From Octopus vulgaris (lineage: Eukaryota), in assembly GCA_951406725.2 (NCBI GenBank), contig OX597822.1, forward strand, positions 110,050,001 through 110,114,000: a stretch of DNA of 64,000 nucleotides, read 5' to 3'. Below the pieces are notes generated by a model. That model did not search any database and was not told where the DNA came from. It worked only from the letters and a program-made list of their open reading frames with translations. The position numbers and the translations under genes were made by a program. Of the stretch, positions 14,881 through 29,218 are shown one piece after another. The first letter of the stretch is position 1. Each line of letters begins with the position of its first letter.

Positions 14881-15416
14881 GTCATACTTACTCAGAGCCC
14901 ATGATAATGATTCACATTTTTGTAGATACACTGATGTTTAGTGACTGAAGAAGACAACGACTTTTCATATTTACTATCATTCTATATTTCCGACAAAACT
15001 GCGATTTAATTACTGTCAGAAACTTCCTTTTATGGTATTTTCACGTTTCATATTTGACCACATCTTTAAGAAGTAAACGAAATTAGAAGTAATACATTTT
15101 ACTTATTGCTTAAAAGTTTAAAACGACATTTACACTCTGCAATAAATTCAATATTAAAACAGGAGCTGTCCTCAATTAACCATAATCGCAACACCGAATA
15201 TATTTCAAGTAGGATTCTATATTAGAAATATTTTTATATATGTTTAATTTAATGTATGCGACACGAGTCTGAATTTTGTATATCTTTTTACAATAGTCAC
15301 CATTATGTTACTGCGTTAAAGGTTAATTTAGTCCTATATTTAAGAGATGGGGAATTATGTACATTATTTACATTATTTATATTTGATGGATATTTGTCCT
15401 CATCTCGTTTGTTGTT

Positions 15417-15462
15417 AACACAACGTTTCGGCTGATATATACTACAGCCTTCATCGGGTGTC
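15417..15462 (-). ncRNA. Minimal type I hammerhead ribozyme motif
   Basis: GACAC-CCGATGA-A-GGCTG(loop)CAGCC-GAAAC-GTT-GTGTT; helix III is the palindrome AACGTT. Confidence 0.7.
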
Positions 15463-15520
15463 TTAGAGAAATTTCGAACCTGGGTTCTCATTCCTAGGGT
15501 ATTTTTCGATATTATTATTA

Positions 15521-15588
<68 letters not shown>

Positions 15589-15589
15589 G

Positions 15590-16145
15590 AGTGAGAGAGC
15601 TGTGCATGTCATCAAAGTGACACTGGGGTAAAATATACGAAACCCAATATACCCATCATGACTACCCGTCTGATAAGTGTACACCAGGCACATGCATCAC
15701 AACCATATGTGCGCGACATGGTGATCTCATATCAAGATAAACAGCACATGACCTTGCAGGTGGGGCCCAGTTAGAATTTTCATCAGGTTGAGTAGCCCAT
15801 CCCGCTCAAAAGGTCCCTGAATAAGGGTTGTTTAAGGATGTTGAAAGAACCACCCATGTTTCCAGAGGTGAATTATTCAAACCCCAAAGAATCCCTCTCA
15901 ACACATGGCTATGATGCTCCCCCACTACTTCTGCTCGTGATCAGAGATGCACATATCGTCAGCCACTAAGGGACATGCTCAACTGGTTAAGGTCAAACAA
16001 CTGACAAGCAAATCTGTGGTATTGAGCAGAATATTTGCTGTAGCCCATCTTTTATACCAAGACAAAACAATGTACATGATAACACTTCCAATCAGTTAAG
16101 ATCAGAAGCCATGAGAGCCACTGCCTGGTACTGCATCAGGGCATT
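15590..16145 (-). mobile_element. About 555 bp non-coding element inserted in (AAT)n
   Basis: Unique sequence bounded on both sides by (ATT)n; orientation inferred from the tail. Confidence 0.5.
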
Positions 16146-16281
16146 TATTATTATTATTATTATTATTGAGGTCACTGCTTGGAATCGAAATTGGAATCTT
16201 GTTTTAGTAGCTCGCGCTGTTAACCCAAAGATTCCGAGTTCGATTCAAAGCAGTGACCGGAATAATAATAATAATAATAAT

Positions 16282-17080
<799 letters not shown>

Positions 17081-17257
17081 TGTCGATGTGAGAACTGTTG
17101 CTGCTCATGCATTTTAATTTAACTTTAAAAAAAAAAATGAACGAACTACTGAGTTTGGTTTAATGGCCTACCAATATACACTATGAGTTTCTTTGCCCTA
17201 GGAGTCGGGAAGACACTCGGCAAGAAATGGAAGAAAATTTGAAAGAAGAAAAAAAAA

Positions 17258-17260
<3 letters not shown>
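17081..17260 (+). mobile_element. Second, shorter near-identical 3' end of the same RLE element
   Basis: Repeats 16662-16840 apart from poly-A length. Confidence 0.85.
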
Positions 17261-17353
<93 letters not shown>

Positions 17354-17381
17354 TCGAAAATACCATCGAAAATTTCCCCAT

Positions 17382-17427
17382 GACACCTGATGAAGGCTGG
17401 AGGGTATATCAGCCGGAACGTTGTGTT
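17382..17427 (+). ncRNA. Minimal type I hammerhead motif (GAAAC mutated to GGAAC)
   Basis: GACAC-CTGATGA-A-GGCTG...CAGCC-GGAAC-GTT-GTGTT; inverted sister of 15417-15462. Confidence 0.65.
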
Positions 17428-18859
17428 AACAACAACCAAAATGAGAACAAATATCTTATATTTATCGAGATTTCGTGAAGATGCTTTTGAAGAAAAAATA
17501 TTTCATAAATTATATGTCGTTTCGATGATGATTTCTGTAATGTTCCTTTCTGAAGGTTTTTATAGATTTTTTTTTCATGCTAAATTGAGTTATTAGATCT
17601 ATTTGTCGTAATTTTGCTTCTCCAAGTAAAAGCGATCGAAAAGATTTCGTGCAATGTGTGGCTTATTGCATTTCTTTTTCCTGTTAAGTTTGGTATTTCA
17701 CTAAATGTCTATACAAGTACTGAATTTGTGTTAAACTTCTTTTTTTGCTATCCAGCGAAAGCGGAATCAAAGCAGTCAATTTTATCTGGAAAATAGATAA
17801 TTATGAATCTGTAATTCGACAAGATATACTCAGAAAACAACGGAACAGGTGCTGGGACGAAATGTCCCTGCTGAAATCGCCAAATAATAGACGCGCAGCG
17901 ATTTAAAACCTGTAAGCAATAAGCTTCAACATCGAATGAAACCAAGACCTTATGAAGTACAACAAGGCTACCGAAACTAATACATAGAGTGGGCGGCCGT
18001 TTACTTTCTTATATCAAGTACTCTGTTTTAGAGATGCAAGTAGATTTTTAGGATAGACGCATCTTTTCAAAGAAGGTGGTAGTAATATCACTGTGACGAG
18101 ACAAGTTTCTTCTAGTCAGGCGTAAATATATACTTCGATGTTATAATCAATAAAATGCCGTCGTGTATTTTGCGATAACTAATCCATGCGAAACCGAATT
18201 TCTGCAGGACAAGACAAAACCATTGTTTACGATTCACTTTTCAAAATTCAGTGTTCCTCAATTTTGCTGACAAAATCCATTTATAAACAGAATCATCTCT
18301 GATAATCCTTCAAAAAGCTTTTCTATATGCCTACTGACACGAACCGTCCTCGTAGGCGTCCATGAAGGAACACATTATATTAATAAATTAATCACTTTTT
18401 AAATAAATTTTTGGGGATGTGTTTATTTTCGTAGATGTTTATTTCATGTATATTTTTTTCGATGTGGACATGTAAATCCACTGCACTGCTATATTTTTGG
18501 TGAAGTTGCTTATGTTCTATGCATTGAATTATATATGTATATATATATATATATATATATCTATATATATATATATATATATACACACACATACATACAT
18601 ACACACATACGTATATAATTCGTTCATCTTTTACTTCCTTCAATCCTTAGAATACGTGAGGTTGGGGCACTGCCTTAAAAAAATATTTGTTGGAATGAAT
18701 CGAACCGCATACATTTTTTTCATATTGAGCCTCTTCCGTATTCTATCGAGCTCTTTTGGTGAACCCATATTTTACAGAAACTAAGCACTGATTGTTAGGC
18801 GATGATGGGAATGAACTCACAAACACGCACACATACAAATGTATATAAGAGGGTTATTT

Positions 18860-19294
18860 TGAGGTCTGCCTCATAATGATGGACCCACGGTTCATCTCTT
18901 GTGCGTTTTCTGCTCAAAGGTTCCGCGCTCTCATTGTTGTAGTGTTTGTAGACCTCAAAACATTTGCGCTTGTGCCCTACAGTAAGCTCTCTTGGCACCA
19001 ATCTTACACAGAATTTATGGAAACCGAGCAAAACGTGGATGATTTTCCACACCCGACACAACATCCGTCCAGAGAAATCGGATCCCTACTCCTTGTCTTC
19101 CTTTAGTGGATATACTTAGTGGAGAGGCCATGCTTACACTGTAAAGTCGAAAAGAAAAATGGTGTGATCAGACTCAAACTCCGATGATGTGACCAGAATA
19201 GTACCAGCTAAAGGCACGCATGCGCAAAAGACAGTATGACAATAATAAAGATATATTATGGCGAAGGTGCGGATAACTTTTGAATTCCCCTCGT
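18860..19294 (-). mobile_element. Mariner 5' fragment with TIR
   Basis: KFCVRLVPREL...TRDEPWVHHYE; TIR-like TACGAGGGGAATTCAAAAGTTATCC at about 19271-19295. Confidence 0.75.
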
Positions 19295-20058
19295 ATATGT
19301 GAGTGTGTGCGTGTGTTTGTGTGTGTGTATCTATCTATCGATCTATCTATCTGCCTGCCTACCTACATACATAGCTGCCTATCTATCTACCTTGTGTCAA
19401 ATATATATAAAAGGATTTCATATTAAATGTAACAAGTAAAGGAATAATCTGCTATAGAGTACATGTTACAATATAAGAGAAAATTCGAGAGTGATTAAAA
19501 AATTTCAATTTGCTCGTCGTCAACCACATGAAAGCTTTCTTCGTGAAAGTGTAATTAAAATATGAGTGAGTGTGTATGTATATGTGTGCATGTGTGTATG
19601 TGTCTAATTACAGTTATATATATATATATATACATACATATATATGTGTGCGTGTTTGTGTGTGTGTATGTGTTCATATTACAGCCAGCCTCCATCCACG
19701 AACACATGTCGTTTGGTAACACACTATAATATCGCGTGTCCATATTGTACTCACATGCCTAGGAAGCTTCACAGCAGCCCTAGCTTTTGAACGAGCAAAT
19801 ACATACAGGAATTAACTCTTAGAAAAAGAAAGATATGCACCCTCACTCATTTAGTACTCTTTTTCATCTGAGAAGGCTGGATCAAATTGAAATGTACTTC
19901 CTGGCTAAACAAGAAAACGGCGCACAGGGGTGAATGATTGCGAGCCAAACACACGGTCCACATGACAATGCACTTTCATTCTCTCAGGGATGCTTTTACA
20001 CAAATACACATATACACTGATATGGACACACACGGACTAACACACACACACACACACA

Positions 20059-20094
<36 letters not shown>

Positions 20095-20095
20095 C

Positions 20096-20139
<44 letters not shown>

Positions 20140-20259
20140 CAACAATTGAGGGTAAAATTAATTAATTATTAATTAATTTCGCCAAGTGTTCAGTATGCAA
20201 AGGGACCATTTAAGGCGAATTCAGTATGCGGCAAAGTAATTTATTTTACTAAGCCCTTT

Positions 20260-20313
<54 letters not shown>

Positions 20314-20314
20314 C

Positions 20315-20885
<571 letters not shown>

Positions 20886-20947
20886 ATACATACAAAACAA
20901 ACAGAAGTATTATATATATTTATATGTATATATATATATATATTATA

Positions 20948-21285
20948 GAGATGTACTTGCATAGCGAGTGACTTGATCTGAGATCGTGTGCTGGAACGAA
21001 AACAATTGCAGCGTGGAAGGTATTTATAAACCATTTAAGAAACACACAAAAACCGTTAGGTTCACTTCAACATATAAATTTAATTTGTCAAAATATTTTC
21101 GTCGCTTTGAGACCGCGACCTGTTCACTGACAAAGCTTCGATGCAGCACGAAGCTTTGTCAGTGAACAGGTCGCAGTCTCAAAGCGACGAAAATATTTTG
21201 ACAAATTAAATTTATATGTTGAAGTGAACCTAACGGTTTTTGTGTGTTTCTTAAATGGTTTATAAATACCTTCCACGCTGCAATT

Positions 21286-21289
<4 letters not shown>
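20948..21289. mobile_element. Fold-back pair of an HHR-bearing element in (TA)n
   Basis: 141 bp arms 21000-21140 / 21149-21289 with 1 mismatch and an 8 nt spacer; the same family occurs singly at 60300-60505. Confidence 0.8.
21155..21205 (+). ncRNA. Hammerhead motif with G3-C8 core (mirror copy at 21084-21134 on minus strand)
   Basis: TTTGTCA-GTGAACA-G-GTCGC(9 nt)GCGAC-GAAA-ATAT-TT-TGACAAA. Confidence 0.65.
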
Positions 21290-21331
<42 letters not shown>

Positions 21332-21525
21332 TTATTTTATAGAAGGAGCTTCTACAGGAGTAGAACTGTTTCATTCAAAAGAAATCATCAGGAAGCTCCT
21401 GATGATTTCTTTTGAATGAAACAGTTCTAGTCCTGTAGAAGCTCCTTCTATAAAATAAATTAATTTACTCTGCTATGTATTGAGTACCTTATTTACTGTG
21501 GTTAACCCCGACTCAACCCGGGCAT

Positions 21526-21530
<5 letters not shown>
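21332..21530. mobile_element. Palindromic element with hammerhead core in (TA)n
   Basis: 62 bp arms 21332-21393 / 21397-21458; CTGATGA-T-TTC-TTTT-GAA-T-GAAAC-AGTTCTA-GTC at 21399-21432. Confidence 0.65.
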
Positions 21531-21574
<44 letters not shown>

Positions 21575-21859
21575 GAAGAGATAGTAAGTAAAAGAAAGAG
21601 AGTGTGTGTGAGAGAGAGGTCAAGAGAGTGTCATTGATATTTGATAAATGTATATATTCAGTGATCTTAGTAATCTAAGTGAACTTATTCCCCCGTCTAA
21701 CATGTAATCTCTGTAATTTGTCGTGTTCATATGTTCGTACCTGATTACCAATCACTTACGCATGCAAAGAGATACTTACAAATATCAATGTTCTCATCAA
21801 TCTATATTACTGTATACTTTAGTTGGCATTCTAAACAATGCATCATTTTAAATACATGC

Positions 21860-22660
21860 ACCAAAAAGTGACCGGAAACGTTCTCTCTCGGGCAAACCCT
21901 TGTATTTCAGGCGTCAGTTTCCCGACCAGTGGCGTTGGGGTGGTGCTTGTTTGTTTTGCAGTGCTTCTTCCCTATTCGTCGGTTTTTGCGATGACCGCAA
22001 CTAAGGAACGGCGTGCTTCCGTGAAATTCTGTTTCCTACGGCGGCCGAAACAGTTGTCATGCTTCAAATAGCATACAAGGACGCTGCTATGAGCAAAACA
22101 CAAATTTACAACTGGTTTCTACGCTTTAGGAATGGTCCTTTGTCGCCTGAGGACCAACCTTGTTCAAACTGAACAAATGAAAACATGATGACAATTAATG
22201 AACCGATCTTAAAGAACTATCAACGAACAACTGACGAACTTGTCGATATGACTGACGTTTTCTGGAGATCTTGCCAACAAATTTTGAGCGAGGAAATGCG
22301 AATAAAAAAAAGTTGCAGCAATAGACGTGCCACGCTTGCTCACGGAAAATTAAAAGCAGTCACGACTGAATGCTTGTTGTAAACTGAAATAACAGCTGGA
22401 AACTGATCGGAAACTTTTTCTTCGAAAGTCAGCACTATTGGCGAAAGCCGGTGATACGGATTTGAAAACGTGGAAGATCTGAAGAAAGAAACGACGGAGG
22501 CGCGAAAAGGCACCACTTCGCAAGAGTTCTAGAACTGCTTCGAACAGTGGAAAACGCGCCTGGTCCGATGCATTGCTTCAACTGGGGAACACTTTGAATG
22601 CAATAAAAGAGTAAACAGGTGAAACAAGTGAATAAAATATCATTCCGGTTTCTTTCGGCT
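21860..22660 (+). mobile_element. Internally deleted mariner-like element
   Basis: KERRASVKFCFL N-terminus and CIASTGEHFE C-terminus; same family as 53060-53955. Confidence 0.75.
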
Positions 22661-22979
22661 AACAAAGATTTTGTAAGAGATTTTTCTGTTATTTCTAGGA
22701 GCCAGCACCAAATACGAATGCGAAAGATTTGGTTTGGGCGCATATTGCTATATTCTAAATTTCTATATTTGTTATATTTTATATATGCCAACCTTCTGTA
22801 CGAGAACTCTCAAATCAAGGGATAGCAACAGTGTCACAATTATTGTATAATGATTAACAGTCGGTAATATTCATTAAGCAATCAAATTCTTTAAACAAGC
22901 TAAATGAAATTATAACGTAATGTTTTATGTCCAACACAATCATAAAAGAGAGCCGAATGGGAGTTTAGTCGAAGACCTA

Positions 22980-23460
22980 CTTCGGTTTCTCAACTAACCA
23001 TCAGATGCACAGATCCCATTCTCAAACGTAAATTTCCAGTTTTGTATTTCTTCATAGAGCGTGTAAAAAGATCAGTTCAAGTTTCAAAAATTTATCAATG
23101 GTGAATCCAAACACACCTCCACTACGATCTATTTGTTGTAATCGTTAGGGCTAAATAGTGCTAAATGAGGGGACATTTTTCCTCTTACACTTTAAAAAAG
23201 CTGCATATACTCGAATAATCATACTATCCTCCTCCAGAAGAATAATTCATAGCATCCAACGATCTTTGAAATTTATAAGTAATGTTTGTAACAAAGTTAG
23301 CTGGAGCACTCTCTTAAACAATGATGTTGGTATTATTCGGAAGATAAACAACTGGAACTTCAGAAATTTCAGTTGCAGAAAGCCAGATGGCACCTTTTCC
23401 CTTTTTTTACTCCTTTATATGACCAAACCTAGAATGCTGTTGCTCCTTAGGGTCTCCCCA
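22980..23460 (-). pseudogene. Possible cadherin-like relic segments
   Basis: Minus-strand ATEISEVPVVYLPNNTNIIV*ESAPANFV and FTID...YEEIQNWK...CASDG; stops and frameshifts. Confidence 0.25.
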
Positions 23461-23529
23461 TAACGCAAAAAAAATTATGAGAATTGAGACACACAAAATA
23501 GTAAGTATAAAAGAATATTTTATAGATAA

Positions 23530-24830
23530 CTAGCAGAGATACCCGGCGTTGCCCGGTTATATAAAATTGAAGAATTCGACTTTTCTGTTATATTTTCTGT
23601 AATGAACTGGAATATCTATGTTTCGAATTTCATCGTTATCCAGATGAGGGTTATTTCCCTCTTTACACACTCTAAAAAAATTGTAATCGTGCCACATGTA
23701 TCCCATACTACTGATTTTTATGCGCATATTCCGAAATTCTAGTCTTATTGAACCTGTTAAAAAGATTTTGCTCCTGAAAAGTGAAGGTCATGGAGCTCTA
23801 AAATGCGAGAGTTAAGGCTCCTGTTGGGGGTGGGCATCTTAATATCAACCATAGAAGTTGAATTGTTGAAAATCTTTTTAACTTGGGTCTTATATCTATT
23901 GTTTGTATTTCTTTGAAATAGCAAATATATGTTCCCTGGGTTTGTAAAAGAAAGCAAAGCGACAGGAAACCAAAAGACGAATGATCACAATAGGCAGTCA
24001 GTTACCCTACCCTAGTCGTTACCACTCCCAATGTAGGATTCCTCACCATGCAGGTGACAGGCACAGTCGTAAGATGCATTAGGAATCTATAACAATTCGA
24101 AGGACGTGACCCAACTGAAATAAACATTAGCAACTGTGTGACGTGAGGGCTAAGGAAAAATTAAAGTGTCACCTCTGGAGTTTGCAAATGACCACTATAC
24201 TGATACGTATCTGGGCAGAGTAAATTTAAAATCTATAAATGTCTTTGAATAACTAGTCACTCATCTGGGAAGGCCTTGAAATCTGTGTTACCATCTAGGG
24301 ACTATGTGTGACCGAGTGATAATAAAAAGACTGAAAGGAGATCTGCAATCAAATAACTTTACTCAACACTTTCCAACTGAATCAATGGAGGCAAAGATGC
24401 CTCTCATTTACTTGACAATTTATACACCACATTGCAGAAATCATAATGCATGTGTATGTCAAAGCAAACTGTTACACTGTTGTACTATTGAATTAGAAAT
24501 AATGCCCAACTTTTATGCTCGGGTAACCCTACAGCTTCCAAGAGCACAACTGTATTCGTTTTTGCTTAGATAAAATGACAACATTGAGGGTGTTAAGTCC
24601 CCATGGAGGGGTCTTTCTAACTTTGTAAGAAGATGAAATTTTATAAATACTACTTCATTTGTGTCTAATATCTATGGTTAAAATTTCATCAACAGCAAAA
24701 ATATATGAATTGTCATGGGGGTTATGGCCCTTATGCATAGAATATAATTTCCAAATTTCATAAAGATCCATTCAGTACTTTTGACATAGTTTTGGATCAT
24801 AAAAGAAATGACTAAAATTTGGGAGTTAAG
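23530..24830 (-). mobile_element. Helitron-like element 3' part with decayed PIF1-helicase-like fragment
   Basis: Minus-strand 3' hairpin CCGGGC-AAC-GCCGG then CTAG|T at 23530; ORF 24304-24573 (+) KRLKGDLQ..HFPTES..KMPLI..IELEI resembles Helitron helicase. Confidence 0.55.
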
Positions 24831-24846
24831 GCTCCCATTAGAGTGT

Positions 24847-25000
<154 letters not shown>

Positions 25001-25245
25001 TAGATAAGTTGATAGATACAGCCGAGTGGGCAAACAAAAATATGAGACACAGCCTAATGCTTTTTTATGTTGATAAGCCTAGTACTTATTCTATCAGTTT
25101 GTTCTTGTGAAACCAGTAAGTTGTGATGCAGTGATGAGGGCGAAACACAGAGACAAAGACACACACATACACTTACATATATACATACACATATATATAT
25201 ATACAATTGACTTGTTTCAGTTTCTGTCTACGAAATCCATATATA

Positions 25246-26950
25246 TTGTTGTTGGCATCCTTTTTGTCTTGGGAGACAATGGAGTTGCGCATAAAATAAT
25301 CTAGTCCGGCTTTTACATTTCATGTTGTAATACATCTCCTGCTGTGGCTGTGTAGTTCTATCCTGGACAAACACTCCCTCTGGCAGGTGCCGCAAATGTA
25401 GCGAAGAATTTGCCTGGCTGGTTGTAATGTCATAGTATCTTGTTGACGTATTTTCTTGTCTTTCCATTTCTCCTCTCTCTCTCTCTCTATGTCACTCCTT
25501 TGTGTTCCCTTTTTTACGGTACGTCGCCAATCACCAGGGTTGCTGGCAACTGCTTCGCAGTAATATTGATGTTGCAGGCATTCATGTCCCTTTTGCAAAC
25601 ATCCTTGTATCGTAAGAACGGTCTTCCCACAGACCTAGTGCCCCTAGCAAGCTATCCGTTGAGTATGTCCTTGGGGATTCAGCCATCTCCCATACGGCTA
25701 ACATGCCCAAGCCATCTCATATGTCTTTGTGTGAGGAGTGCAAACATGCTTGGTATTCCTGCTTGCTTGAGGACATCTTTGTTGGGGACATGATTCTGCC
25801 ATTTGATGCGAAGGATTTTCCGGAGGCAGCGCAGGTGAAAGATATTTAGGCGACGTATGGCGTCGTATGGCGTGTGCATGGCGTCCAAGTCTCACTTCCA
25901 TACACTAGAGTGCTAAGTACACATGCCTGGTAAATCTTCATTTTTGTGGTCTTGGTCAGCTTATTGTTGTTCCATGCCCGTTTGGAGAGTTTGGCCATCA
26001 CAGCAGCTGCCTTGCCAATGCGTATATTGAGCTCAGCATCAAGAGATAGGTTGTAGGTGACGGTAGAGCCAAGATAGATAAACTTCTCCACCTCCTGTAG
26101 TCTGTGGTCTCCAATATGTATATTTGGGATGTCCGATGTAGCCTGGCCCATGATGTTGGTCTTCTTGAGGCTGATAACTAAGCCAAAGTCTTGGCACGCA
26201 GACACGAGAGATTCAACAGTTACCCATCACCTCTACTGTGCAGAAACACTCCATCATCTGATGTCGCAAAGGCATGTGATAGCAGCAGCGAGAAAATGCT
26301 AAATAATGTAGGAACAAGGGCACAATCTTGCTTTACCCCATTTTTTATTTGGAAGGCAGCTGATGTTGAACCATTGTGCTGTATGGTACTTTGCATATCA
26401 TCATGGAAACATTTGATGATCCTCAGCAGCTTTGGTAGACATCCGATTTTTTGGGGCAGGATGAAGATGCCTTTTCTACTTGCCAAGTCAAAGGCCTTTG
26501 TCCGATCAATGAAGTTCATATATAATGGCATTTTCTGCTCTCTGGACTTCTCTTGAATTTGGCGTATGGAGAATATCATGTCAATAGTTTATCTGCTTCT
26601 TCTAAAGCCACACTGCGATTCTGGATAAATTCGAGAAGCAAGCAGTTGTAGCCTGGACAGGATAATGTGAGCAAAGGCCTTTCCAACAGTGCTTAGAAAA
26701 GATATTCCACGGTAATTGTTACAATTACCACGGTCACCTTTGTTTTTGTAAAGCGTAATGATGTTAGCATCCCGCATATCCTGAGGGACTGCACCCTCTT
26801 CCCAACACTGACAGAGAAGCTCATGAAGGTGCCGAAGCAGAATGGTGTTTTTGCCTGCTTTGATGATCTCTAAGGGGATGTCGTCTTTTCCCGGAGCCTT
26901 GTGACTTGCTAGGGAGGCAATAGCCTTGGTGAGCTCTGCAGACTGTCAAT
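25246..26950 (-). mobile_element. 5'-truncated, frameshifted RTE-clade LINE
   Basis: ITLYKNKGDRGNCNNYRGIS, PESQCGFR, FIDRTKAFD, GVKQDCALVP, YQACVLSTLVYGSETWT, RWLGHVSRMGDG; (CAA)n tail. Confidence 0.92.
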
Positions 26951-26952
26951 TT

Positions 26953-27105
<153 letters not shown>

Positions 27106-27109
27106 GGAA

Positions 27110-27804
27110 ATTCATTTTTGGACTTTCTTCTATCGAAGGCATTCTAACAAAAATGCATCCGTATAAACGGTGAAAATATCGTCAATTTCCCCAAACAGGG
27201 ACACAATTCAATTTTTAAGCAATAACCAAAGCTCCTTCTCCCAAAGGGGGGGGTACGGTTTACAATTATTTAACAAATACAACACAACAACGTTTACCTT
27301 ACGAGGAACCAACAAACGTGATAACAATAATTAAACAATAATAATAATAACAACAAACCTTACAGTGAATTAAAAAGCAGTACGCAGTTGAAGCTATAGT
27401 CATTTATGCATAAGAAATAAACCAACAGCAGTACTCAGTAGAAGCGGCTGTTCGAGAAAACAGACATTACATACGGCCAAACTTCATATAGATACTTAAT
27501 GCTAGCTAATTAGCAGATAATCGAATGCAAAAGCCGTGGTAAACGGTATGTGCACAGCTCCATCTGGACTATTCCATTTCTTCACACCAATTTTATTTTT
27601 AATTTATTCCCATTCATGTGAAACCACTTGTTCAAGTCATTGATGCAATTTTATACCAATTGCTATTTTACTTTTGTTATGTTATGATTATATTATACTT
27701 TAGTTTGATGTTAATTATTACTTACTACATATAATTCAATTGTTATTATTATAACACACAGACAGACAGACAGACACACATTCTCAGTTTTATATAGAGA
27801 GAGA
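27110..27804 (-). mobile_element. Helitron-like 5' part
   Basis: Minus-strand start TCTCTCTCTATATAAAACTGAGAATGTGTGTCTGTC resembles the 13672 5' end. Confidence 0.5.
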
Positions 27805-29218
27805 TTGCAGTTATTTATTGGGAATGGGAATAAGAAGACGGGAGAACGGGTGGATAACACCTAAGAGAAAATAAAGCGGCAGAAAGCGATGGTAACTACA
27901 TTAGATTAGGTGGTTAGGTTCGAGGACCGGCAAGCAGGGATCACAACTCAGTACCTATTTTTAGTTGAAGTTAGTTCAATGTAATTGCATCAGTTTGCTT
28001 TTGAGAAATGCATGAAGTGGAATCTTCCATTTTGCTATTCTATCAAAACGGAACCTTTGGTGTTGCTGAAAAGAATGCAACATAATGTAAAGGAATTGTT
28101 GGGCAGGTTTCTTCTGGTGAGTGTCATACAATAAGAATTATGTTCCGGAAGAACTAGTTTCGATTCTGAGTTCAGGTTGAATTATTTTCTTTCTCTTGCT
28201 AACATCTGTTTCTCATATTCTTTAAAATACTGGGCTAACACTTTTTTTTTAAAGATTTGAATAAATGACTGAACAAGAGTGAGTAAAATATCTTCGCCAT
28301 ACACATGGGGCAGTGGCGGGATCGAAACCAATTTCTTTCGGGTTGGCAGACTGCCGTTTTATAAAGTTGGCCTGGTATGACTCTGTAACGGTGATTAGGC
28401 GAATAGAGGAAAAAAGTTCCCCTTTTCTTAACCGCTGCAGAAAGAGGTACGGCAAAAGAAAGCAGAAGCAAGTCTGCTGCACATAGAATCTGTTCACATA
28501 GAAACTGTTTCCACCGCCGGCTCTAACTGGTGACACTTCTCACAGAGAAAGAAGGACCCTTACACACAACTGACGTTACTCCTGGTCCCCTAGCCCATCC
28601 GCTATCTAAGCGCATAACATCCCAGACTCATGGATAAGAGACCCGAGAATTAAGGATTGGTATACGACTTTAATAAAATATACTATGGACAACTAATAAT
28701 ACCGGGTGTTTATAAAGTCCACGCGCAATTTAAAATACTTAAAGCTTTGTATCTATATTTAATAGAACGAATCTGTAAAATATCCAAGAAAGCTTGATGC
28801 GTCTAATTTTTTGTTGTCTTCGGAAAAATTATTATTTGTTTTAAATATTAGCTTTTATCTATTTCATGAAATTTCAAAATGACTAATATGGCAGAATTGC
28901 TGTTGATCATGGCTTCACTAGAAGAAAAGTAAATTGCGTTCTTTGGTTGGTTGAGCTAAAATCTACTGTCGTTGTCCAAAGGTTTCTATAAAGAAGCACC
29001 ACACAGAAATTCCATATCCAAGTGGATGAGAAACTTTAAAAAGTGGTTCTGTCGGTGATAAGCCACGGCCTAGTAGACCATGTATAAATGAGGAAACTGG
29101 CATCCGTAGAACAAGCCTTTGTGGGAAGTTCAAGAAAAACATTAAGACGGGCATCTTTAGACCTGAGGCTTCCAAAATCAACTGTGCATAAAATTCTGCG
29201 ACCAAAACTTCACCATAG

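Larger units (their letters stand above)
15310..16224 (-). mobile_element. tRNA-headed, hammerhead-bearing element (left arm of fold-back), interrupted in its (AAT)n tract
   Basis: Minus strand: GGTTAACAGCGCGAGCTACT...TTCGATTCC head (16168-16224), (AAT)n, then HHR at 15417-15462. Confidence 0.65.

Noticed and set aside
28235-28620. GC-richer island with overlapping short ORFs
   Set aside because: No recognisable motif in any frame.
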